The notes beneath the pieces were generated by a model. That model was not told where the DNA came from and made no database searches. It saw nothing but the letters and a program-made list of their open reading frames with translations. The translations under genes were made by a program, and so were the position numbers. Positions 13,001 through 22,269 of a DNA stretch of 64,000 nucleotides are shown piece after piece (the first letter of the stretch is position 1; every line of letters begins with the position of its first letter). This DNA comes from Cirrosporium novae-zelandiae (taxonomy: Eukaryota): contig JAPETS010000002.1 in the NCBI GenBank assembly GCA_026023565.1, forward strand, positions 1,302,001-1,366,000, given 5' to 3'.

Positions 13001-16000
13001 CTATCTCGGATTTTCTTGTACTCAGATCCATAATTGTTCTGTCCTTGGCTGCATTTGTTTCCCGGAAACTTTCTTCTTGTTGGGCTAGTGTGGTTTCAAC
13101 AGACTCAGCCTTCGCCTTCCATTCAGCCTTTTCCGTGCGAAGTTGCGTGTTTTCGGTACGTGTCTTTTGTAGGGCTTTCGCAGCTTCGGCATGTTTGAGG
13201 AGTTCGTTTTCATAGTTTTGTTGAGCTTGTTGCGCAATCTCAGCTTGGGCGCGAAGGTCCTCTTGGTGGTACTGGGCAGCTGTGGCATGGCGGTCGTCCT
13301 CATCTTTCAGCCTTGCAATCTCAGCTTCGTATGTCGACTTTTGCTCCTCCAACTTGCGAGTATGCTCTGCCTGTTCGTCTCGAAGGGCAGTTAACTGAGA
13401 ATTAGTTGTAGACAATTCTGTCGTGATCTCCTCCACACGCTGCTCTAGTTCACGGATTCTATTATCCCTATTCTCAATTTGTTGATCCATTTCTGCCCTA
13501 TATTGATCGGAAGCTTCATTTAAGCTTTGGAGTTCTTCCTCCGAGGATTGGCTGATTGACTTGTACTGTTCGATCTGTTCCTTGGCATTTTCGAGTTCTA
13601 CCTTCGCAAGGTCGAGATCCCGTTTTAGCTCAGAAACCTCAACTGCGAGTTCTTGCTCCCTGGTGATGGAGGACTCCTCCGTATTGGTTGCATCTGTAGT
13701 TGCTGTGGAGGCTTGAGCAGCTGGCCGTGGTGTCGGTTTAGGTTGTAAGACTTGCGCACGCTCCTCAGCGCTACGAAGCTCGACCGTGAGTTCATCAACT
13801 CTCGCTTGAAGATGGTCACGAGATGTCTTCGCAGCTATAAGCTCTTCTCGAGCTGTAGACAATCCACTGGTAAGATCATCAATACGCTTTTGACTTTGTT
13901 GATTGTCATATTCTCTGCGAAGAGCGGCCTTCTTCCCGTCTTCAATTTCATCGTTTAGCCTTCGCTTCGTAGTTTGGAGTTCGGATTCAAGAGCTTCGAT
14001 CTGGCTTTGGAATCTTCTTCTATTTTCTGACTCTGACAATTCTCGTTCATTAATAAGATTTTGAAGATTATTAGTCAGTGTATTCAGCCGGCTTCGTTCC
14101 GTCCTCAGACTCTCATTGTCATCAACCAACCTCTTCTCAATGCCCTTCCATACCTCCTTTTCTGCCTTTAGATTTGCAGTCTCATTGCGAACACTGTCAA
14201 GCAAAGATCGAATCTCAAATGTTTCTTCAACAAGTTGTTGAGCTCTGAGTTCTTGTTTTGCGGAATTCTCAGACAATGATTGAGAACGCTTTTGCAACTG
14301 CGAATTCTCTGCCTTGAGAAAGTTGTAATTCGTCTGTAGCATCTCGTGGCGCTCCTGGGCAAGTCTGAGTTGACCGTTGCTACGAGAAGCTTCACTTTGC
14401 AGCTCTCCATTCTTCTTCGACAAGTTGTTAACCTGTTCCTTGAGGGCGGAGTGATCTGTTGCAGCTTCTTGGCGATAAGCGTCAAAGTGTTGTTGCATCT
14501 CTTTGACAAGTTTCGCGTAGTCTGCGGGCGGGTTGGAGGGAGAACCATCTGCACCAAGAACGCTAACTGTTGGCGGGGTTCCAGGGATGTCGCCGCCATT
14601 AATAGACTGCCCGAACGAAGCAGAAAAGTCGGCTCCAGGCGGCAATTGCCCACGATGCGTCAACATCCGACGGAACATATCTCTTTCTTTAATGTAACTC
14701 TGGGACTGCGTGATCATTGACTTGAGCTCGTCCTTGTAACGCTCAATCTTGCCACGCAACTCAAGAAGTTCCTGGTGCTCTTGTTCCTGGACGTTCTTCT
14801 TGTCCTGCGCTTCCCGACCTTCCATCTGATCTCCTAATGATCTCGTGAGGGTCAAAAGCTTCATATTTTGTTCTTGGAGCTCCTGGATATCCTTGAATGT
14901 AGTAAGAGACTGGCTGATGAACCTTCCTGTATCAGTCAATCCATCAAGTGACTCAGGATCAATCTCCCCACGAGCTGCTTTTTCAAGCTCGAGCTTCTCG
15001 ATGTCACTGAGACCATCCAATCCCTGGTCGCGAGCATGAACTTCCACGAGAAGAATCTTAATCTGTGCACTTAAGTCCCGTAGTTGTTGTCGAAGGACCT
15101 CACTCTCTTTTACCAAGCCTTGGACCTGTGCTTCGGATTTCCTGGCTTCTTTCCTCGCCACGTCTGCCTCCTTGCCAGCCTCTTCCACCAGAGAGGACAT
15201 TTCGATCATTTCCGTCTGTAACCGTTCATGGTCTTCCTTAAGTTCTTCTAGTTCCGGACCGCGAGTTTCTAGATCGTGCATCATTTCATCGAGCGTGTTG
15301 CTGAGTTTTTCACTTCGTTTCTTTTCACTAAAGAGCTCGGCTTTCACATTGCTATACTCGCTGTAAAGTTGAGTCATGCTAAGGTTATTCTTTGGCCTTG
15401 ATGTGCTTCCCGGGGTTTGAACGCCTGCAGGTGATTGAGCTCTACGTGGTGTGGTGAATCCGGTGCCATTTATGGACCTCCGAAGCGGTGATGCAGGCAG
15501 TCCTTGTTCCTGTGCTGAGGCAAGTTCAGATTCGAGTCGGTCGACCGTTACCTCTAACTCTGATATCCGTCTCTCTGCAGCTTCCTTCTCCGCATTCTCG
15601 GTTGCAAGTTCGGCTCGGATTCTACCGTATTCTTCTGCCGTCTTTTCATGGGCTTTCTCGTAGGTGGATTGGCACTCCTGTAGTCTTTGTCGTGCAGTAT
15701 CCGCAGATTGTTTGTGCAAATCTGCTAATCTACTCAGGCTATCCAGCTCGGTTCTATAATTTTCCTCGTTCTTTGTCTTTTCCTCTTCGACTTGTTGGAT
15801 TGCGGCAAGTGACTCCTCATATTTGCCTTCAAGATCGGTTATGTGACTGCGTAATGAGTTTTCGGTTCTCTTTAGTGATTCTACATCAGAGACCGCATCG
15901 TCGTAATTTCGCTGCAACTCTGCAATCTGAGAACTTTTTTCTTTGCGGTATTTCAAGAATTCTGCTGATTTTGTTTTCAGTTCATTGTCCACCCATTCAC

Positions 16001-16675
16001 TGTTACGCTTCAACATGTCAATCTCCTGTTGTAGATTTCCTTCTCGAAATTTCGCCGTGGCATTTCTAGAGTTTGCATCTTGAAGTGACTGCTCAAGAGC
16101 AGAAACCTGTTTCCGTAGTTCAATAATCTTCTGGTGTTCATTTGAAAGGTCTTCGGCAAGTTTGTCGTAAGCGGTAGACTTCCCTTCAAGGAGAGACAAA
16201 GTCTCGCGATTAGAGTTTTCGAGTGACTCGATACGGGAACGAAGAGTTGATGCATCAGAAATCGAGGTCGATGATGTTGATTTGAGATTGTCCAATTCTG
16301 TTTGCAAGCTTGATCTAGCGTTCTCTATATATAAGTGTCAGTGGTATTTGGTGTGGCAATAGAATCCAGGAAAGATAACTGACCTTCTTCTTGAAGCTTT
16401 GCCCTAAGATCTGCAGTTTCTTTCAGTCCTTTCTCAACCGAACCTTTGAGGACTCGCGCTTTGGATTCGCCGCTTCGGACTGCATTTTCAAGTTCGACCT
16501 CAAGTCGCACATTTGTTGATTTAAGTTCTTCGTATTCTTGAGCTTTGGTGGCGATCTTTTCTAAGATAATGTTGACAAGTTCAACGGTTGGAGCTTCAAG
16601 TAGAGTAGTGAGAGTAGACTCAGGAACGGAGCAAAATGTCGCCACCTGAGGGATGTCGACAGCCGCAGCCGCCAT
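10015..16675 (-). CDS. MLP1: Nuclear basket protein Mlp1/Tpr, about 2179 aa, 3 exons
   Basis: Exons 16675-16384, 16324-11850, 11787-10015. Introns are GTCAGT..CTGAC..TAG (16383-16325) and GTGAGT..CTAAC..TAG (11849-11788), and frames join. Long coiled coil with Tpr-type segments 'AQQNYENELLKHAE', 'LQEVIKYLRREKEIVD' and 'LNLFRESSVTLRNE'; RGG-rich disordered C-terminus. Confidence 0.93.
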
Positions 16676-17108
16676 GGTGATGAAAACCTGAGGTTTGATG
16701 TGGGGGCAAGGCGTTGTAAATGGTTACTTGAAAGTTGAGTCGAGGCTGCTGAGGGAAGGGGAGCTTTGACAGCTTGAATGTGATTGTTTGAAAGAATTCT
16801 CAAAGGGCTTATACCCTTCGAGATAAGTCCAGCACCTACTCCATAAAGCAGAAAACCTCAACACCAAAGAAGTGTATACTCGTGTTCCGAGCTAAGATAT
16901 TCACAATTCTTAATGAGTGGCAGGTAGATCGCGAAGCGCGGTTGCATCTGTCACGGTAAAGTTGAATCGACTAGTCCATTTATGCGGTTATGACCGCAAA
17001 AGGGTTAGTGTGTGTTCAGCCCTAATTAGTCTAGCCTTTCTCGTTTATAATTATCTAGCTTATCCAAGCGATACACGCGATAAGCGGCGCCTATTCACTT
17101 ACTTACTG

Positions 17109-17267
17109 TACTTTTGATGGGTTGAAATGAAAGAGACCACATCTAGAGGTGGAACCAAAAAGTGACCTTAGAGGGGCCCTCAAAAAAACCGGCTTTCAAT
17201 AAAAAGTGATTTAAACTATATTCTAGCTTATTCAGAGCTCGTTTAGTCTTTCTACCCATCGAAAGTA
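17109..17267. mobile_element. MITE-like non-autonomous element (about 155 bp) with terminal inverted repeats and TA flanks
   Basis: Left end TA|CTTTTGATGGGTTGAAA (from 17109) and right end TTTCTACCCATCGAAAG|TA (to 17267) are near-perfect inverted repeats. Three subterminal AAAG(A/T)GA(C/T)(C/T) repeats. Homologous to 52092-52270. Confidence 0.75.
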
Positions 17268-17289
17268 CATTTGCTCTTAAATACCTTTC

Positions 17290-17356
17290 CTACTTCGCAA
17301 CGTCTCCTTCGCAACACCTTTCACAACACCTACTTCAAAACGCCTACTCGGCAACG
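17290..17356 (+). repeat. Degenerate 12-14 nt tandem repeat (consensus about CCTACTTCGCAAC) x5, upstream of TFA2
   Basis: ctacttcgcaacg / tctccttcgcaaca / cctttcacaaca / cctacttcaaaacg / cctactcggcaacg. Confidence 0.6.
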
Positions 17357-17477
17357 ATTGCTTCTCTCTGTTTGTGGAAGCGAAAAGAGCTTGATGCTAG
17401 CTATAAAAACACCATCCTTCCTTTCCACTCCCTGAGCCGCTCAGAAGATTTCTAGATCTTATGTGCCAAGATCTAAC

Positions 17478-18338
17478 ATGTCCTATCTTCAAAATCAACT
17501 GAATGCCTTCAAGGCCGATGTCACCTCTGTCTCTTCCAAAATCGCAAACAAACGCACTCTAGCAGCTCCAACCCGTTCAGTGCCTTCTCCTGCTCCGTCG
17601 GTCGCTTCGAATGCTAGTAGCCACGATGCCAAACGTCGGCGTCCTGAGAAAGCCAATACTGTCTACCAACCTCCTGAGACTGGCGTGGGTGAAAATGTCA
17701 TGACCCAAATTCACACTGCAACCGATTACATCAAAAGGAAAAATATACCTCTCAGCTTTGACGACATTATATCTTACCTATCTATACAGCACTGTGATGC
17801 TTCGTGGAGGGATAGTGTTCGACATATCCTAGAGGGTCATGGGAAAATCCAGTATGACCCGCAAGGAGCTGGAGGAGCAGGGTCTTTTTCATACAGGCCT
17901 ATGCTTCCTATTCGAAATGGCGACGAGCTGCTAGCATACCTCCAGTCGCAAAAGACGGCAGAAGGAGTGAAAGTAAATCCAGATCTTAAGGACGGATGGC
18001 CTGATTGCGAGCCGACGATCGATAAACTTGAAACACAAGGAAAGGTCCTCGTTAGCAGGTTCCACAAAGAGAACCGCGCCAAAAAGATCTGGCTCAATGA
18101 TGCCTCCCTCCGCAACACAATCGACGGAGAGTTTCAAACTCTTTGGCATAAAATCAGATTGCCTGCGTCGGAGAACTTAGCTGAGGAGCTTGAAAAGGTC
18201 AATATGGTACCCACGAGTAAGAAGAAGGAAGTATCACAGAAGCCTAAGACTCAGGAAAAGAAGAGAAAGAAGCCCAGAAGAGTTGGAAAGACTACGAACA
18301 AACACATGGAGAACATTCTTCGGGATTATTCGAAATGA
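17478..18338 (+). CDS. TFA2: Transcription initiation factor TFIIE beta subunit, 286 aa
   Basis: ATG at 17478 (MSYLQNQLNAFK). Winged-helix region 'TQIHTATDYIK...LSFDDIISYL', 'IRNGDELLAYLQ', 'DLKDGWPDCEPTIDKLE', 'FQTLWHKIRLP'; basic C-terminus 'KTTNKHMENILRDY'. Divergent from MLP1. Confidence 0.92.
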   Translation: MSYLQNQLNAFKADVTSVSSKIANKRTLAAPTRSVPSPAPSVASNASSHDAKRRRPEKANTVYQPPETGVGENVMTQIHTATDYIKRKNIPLSFDDIISYLSIQHCDASWRDSVRHILEGHGKIQYDPQGAGGAGSFSYRPMLPIRNGDELLAYLQSQKTAEGVKVNPDLKDGWPDCEPTIDKLETQGKVLVSRFHKENRAKKIWLNDASLRNTIDGEFQTLWHKIRLPASENLAEELEKVNMVPTSKKKEVSQKPKTQEKKRKKPRRVGKTTNKHMENILRDYSK

Positions 18339-18805
18339 GATGGAGGCTCTGGAATCTCAACATAGGGAATTGGTACCTTATATATGGGAGGCAGGATTCT
18401 GGGACATCTCAAGCAAATTCAGCATTGATTGGCGTTTACTGGCATGGTTGACCACACGGGTGTCTATCAAGGGCCTACATGAATAACGTGGAGTTAACGG
18501 TTTCGACATGGTATTGACTAATAGGTCACAATACCGGTAGTGGTCAATACACATTCTATTCATTGGGGACTGATATGGGGTTTAAAAAAAAACAGTCCTA
18601 ACACTAGGTGAAGTATGAATATTTTAATTACAAATTACATAGAAGCCAATTTATCAACGGCCAGAGCATATTCTGGGCTCGTGTCCGCTTCTGAAAATTC
18701 AATCCGCTCTGTAGCTAAGCAAGTAATCACGTTATGTGTTTGTGAGAGATATCCACTCGGGGCCTTGCTTCCAGGGCAGATGAGCTATTCTATCACACGC
18801 CAGCA

Positions 18806-19753
18806 TCACGACGGCGGCGGCGATATAGAATCCTTCCTAGCAGCAAAGAAATAATTCCCCCACCTTTCCCCCCCCTCAACCTCCCTCCACCCAAACCCCG
18901 GCACATAAATAACCCCCATCGCACGGAAACTCCCCCAAGCCCCCTCCTGCTTCTGCTTCTCAAAAAACTCCCTCAGCTCCTTCTCATTAATATACTTACT
19001 CCACTCATGCGTGCCCCTCGGCACAATCCTCAACACATCCTCCGCCATCACCTTTGTTGTAAACCAAGACGTCCACGTCCTGGCCATGGTGCTCATGACG
19101 ATCCACCCCCCGGGTTTCACAAAGGGCATACAGGATTTTAGGAAGGTGGCGGGTCTATCCACATGTTCGATAACCTCGAATAGACTCAGTATGTCATACT
19201 GCTCCTCGGGAGATTTCGGGACCTCAAGTTCCTCAATCGATTTATTCAAATATTCCAGCTTTTCCGGCTGTTGTAGTGTAAACAGCGGATCCTGCCTCGC
19301 ATGGGCTTTCGCCACCGCGAGAACCTCGCTGCTGGGGTCAATTGCTGTAACACTAATAACTTCGGGACGTCTAGCTGCGCTTTCAGCGAAGATTCCGCCT
19401 CCGCAGCCGATGTCTAGGAAGCGGAGGTTTTTTGAGGGGGAGGGCTGGGAGGAGAGGAGACAGGCGTTTATGAAGTCGTGGCGGAGGGGGTTCATGAGGT
19501 GGAGGAGGCGGGAGGACCCATAGGGGTTCCACCATTCGGAAGCTAGGGCATCGAAGTGGGAGATTTCGGAAGGGTTTACGGAGGATGAGGTTGTTCTTGT
19601 GGTGGTGGTGGTGAAGTTGAAGCGGTGCTGGATCGCCTGGCGGGGAAGGGCTCTGTGGTAGTAGGATCTGCTTAGAATGTTGAGAGGGGTGAGGGTGAGG
19701 AGAGTACGATTGTTGTTGGGTCTACCAGGAAGAGGAGGCCTAAAAGGTGGCAT
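18806..19753 (-). CDS. COQ3: Ubiquinone biosynthesis O-methyltransferase Coq3/UbiG, mitochondrial, about 315 aa
   Basis: Arg/Thr-rich presequence; 'SSVNPSEISHFDALASEWWNPYGSSRLLHLMNPLRHDFI'; SAM motif 'FLDIGCGGGIFAESAAR'; 'FEVIEHV'; 'VPRGTHEWSKYIN'. Confidence 0.93.
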   Translation of the reverse strand: MPPFRPPLPGRPNNNRTLLTLTPLNILSRSYYHRALPRQAIQHRFNFTTTTTRTTSSSVNPSEISHFDALASEWWNPYGSSRLLHLMNPLRHDFINACLLSSQPSPSKNLRFLDIGCGGGIFAESAARRPEVISVTAIDPSSEVLAVAKAHARQDPLFTLQQPEKLEYLNKSIEELEVPKSPEEQYDILSLFEVIEHVDRPATFLKSCMPFVKPGGWIVMSTMARTWTSWFTTKVMAEDVLRIVPRGTHEWSKYINEKELREFFEKQKQEGAWGSFRAMGVIYVPGFGWREVEGGERWGNYFFAARKDSISPPPS

Positions 19754-20139
19754 TTTCGTATGTAATGAGTGCGCCTTCAATTCAATCTATGAACATGATC
19801 TTTGTGAGGGAGGGTAGGTAGCCCAAATGATTTCGAAGCTATGTCATAGGGAATGTAGATTCGATCGGTAAAATCAATTAGAAAGACTGATCTAGTATCA
19901 GTCGATTTTACGCATTGCGGGGGGGGTTTTTTTTGTGTGCAATTATTTTTTATACCTTTGTTTGAACCTTGGATCTTCAGAATGACTGAAGATACAAAAT
20001 ACCTTGGTACCTAGAAGTACAGTAGCACGCAGGTCCCAGAACTTATAAACTCGTTCCCTCACTATCTACTTTGTATTTGCCCACTAAAAAAATATCCTAA
20101 TACATATCCATACCAATATAATATTAACGCAGCAATCAA

Positions 20140-21167
20140 TCAATCAACATCTTCCAGCCCAAGCTGCTCCGCTGAATTTCTGATCGCATCTTCAAACTCT
20201 TCCTCACTATCCAACTTTTCCGGTTTAGTGATATCTTGCTTCAACGTCCAGTTTATGAATCCCAAAGCAAATGCGACCCAATGTTTCGTGTCTTCTCTGT
20301 TTTCGGATTGGGGCGGGCACTGGAATTCAATTGTTTGTTTTATCAACCTAACATTGTTGAAGTTCCACGCCAAACACCTATCTGGTGCTATCATATTTAC
20401 TGATTGTTGTAATGTTGTACTCGAATCGATGTATTGGAAAAGTTCATTGTAATCATCCGTCATTTGAGCTTCTTTGTATAGGGCAATCATCTTTGCGGCG
20501 GCTGGTTTTTAAGATTCTTCCCATTCTGCTGACCCATTTAGCACCCAATGTGCTGAGTTTTGTCTAGGCGGTGGTAAACAGCTTCTCAATGCCCTTTCAA
20601 ACCAGAGAATTCCCTTTGCGACTTTCTTGGCTTCATTCAGATTCCATCCTCCTTTTTTCCCCACATGTACGTGGGTTAAGCAACTCTCGTCCAGCTTGAC
20701 CGAGAACATATCTCGTAGAGCTTCCCGAACGATATCGATATCGATATCGGACTAGGGGTTTTCGACGCTGAGAATGGATGATATGAGCTCCACTCTGTCT
20801 ATATATAATTAGCCTATTTCCATTTCTATTAGTGGCTATTAGCTAGTTAAGACTTACAGTATGGTAGGTATTTGCCATTTTTCTTATCCTGGATAGTTCT
20901 ATCCCTGTCTATGATCCATTTGCTGCGATTCCTCCTTGTTAAATGTGCTGCGATTCCTTGTTTTCCTAAATATTCTGCGAAAGTTTCCCGTAGTGTCTGG
21001 TTTTCCTTTGCTCTCATGGAACGGGTGGCTTCCGGATTGGTACTGAACTCCTTTTTATCAAATCTAGCTTTGGCTTCGCTATTACTGAGAAAGGGGGCAA
21101 CGAGCATTTCCATCTCAACTCCAAATGTGGACTCCATGATGGCTTGTGTTTCGAGACTACCTGACAT
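20140..21167 (-). pseudogene. Putative amidoligase (COOH-NH2 ligase type 2, glutamine-synthetase fold) pseudogene
   Basis: Exon 21167-20858 ('TFGVEMEM...WIIDRDRTI'); intron GTAAGT..CTAAT..TAG at 20857-20799; exon 20798-20140 ('VELISSIL', 'CLTHVHVG', 'AWNFNN', 'TIEFQCPP', 'HWVAFALGF'). All in one frame, but interrupted by TAG (20754-20752) and TAA (20511-20509). Confidence 0.75.
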
Positions 21168-21212
21168 GAAGCTCAATAGTACTCTGGCAGGTTAAACCTC
21201 TTTGCACTTTCC

Positions 21213-21898
21213 TCAACTAACCTCCCTCCAGAGCTCCCAACATACCTGCTCTTCCCTATACACGTAATTAGCCCCACGATTATTTCTATCACTGTCAACT
21301 CCATAACCATCAAATCCTTCTAAAAAAGTACATCTGGTCCCGGAATCTCGAAGGAATCGATTGACACGTACCTTAACATCATCAGTTTTCAGGCCTTTTT
21401 GGTGTTTAGATTTGTACAGCCTGCGTTTCATCTCCTCCTTCCGCTCTAGGTATTGAATCAATTGTACTTGATCGTCGATTAGATCTGGATCCATTGGAGT
21501 GAAAGTGGACACGGCACGTTCGCTGTCCCCATCTCGACGACGATGCCAGCGAGTACTGAACGATAAAGTTTCGATATCATATAGTCTTTGAGCACAAAAA
21601 ATTCTTCCATGAGTATCCGGCAAATATCCATAGTCTTCAAGCCCAGTGAGGATCCACCCGGTGCGACTTGTAGTTTTTCGATGATAGGTGCATGGGTCAT
21701 GCCAGCGTCAATTCGTATTTCTTCAACTGTTGCGAGAGGAGGGCTAAGACGAATTAACCAATGTTTATTGGGGTTGGCTTTATGACGTTCTACGGTAGCG
21801 CGAGCACTTGCTTCCCAGTCGCCTTCTTTCATGAAATCGTAGCCGTGTAGCTTATGGCCAGATTCATCGTATATTTCATTGTCGTCGTCGCTAGTCAT
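21213..21898 (-). pseudogene. Hypothetical gene, apparently frameshifted
   Basis: Protein-like ORF 21898-21479 (ATG start) overlaps a second-frame ORF running to 21213. I see no convincing intron between them, and no family is confidently recognised. Confidence 0.35.
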
Positions 21899-22269
21899 GG
21901 TGGGATATTAGTTAACTTTTTAATCTCTATTGAAACATTGAAGTGTGGGAAATTGAAGATAGAATTTATATTTTACTGTAAATTACGGTAATTTATTTAA
22001 GTATTTTTACTTAGTATATGATGATGAGATATCTATATGGAGAGTATGGGATAAATGCGTGAAGTAATAAGTAACTACGGATTCTAAAAATTTTGGCTAG
22101 CATCGATATCAATATACCCAACAACACATCAATGATATGGTCCGCAGTACATAAAATACAAGTCGTGATAAATTTCTATAAAAAACAGAATAGAAATAAC
22201 TAACGAGCCTCCCTTCCTTAAGGTATCATTCGCTCTACTCCCCTCAACCCGTCCATCAATGGTCTATCT

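Noticed and set aside
19868..19911. Bulged inverted repeat (GTAAAATC..GACTGAT/ATCAGTC GATTTTAC) upstream of COQ3 with faint similarity to the MITE end
   Set aside because: Too short and divergent to assign, and no TA-bounded element.
21213..21330. G/N/D/Y-rich C-terminal stretch next to an NLR, considered as an amyloid signalling motif (HRAM/PP/sigma)
   Set aside because: It does not match those motif patterns, and the NLR already carries its own effector domain with no matching N-terminal motif.
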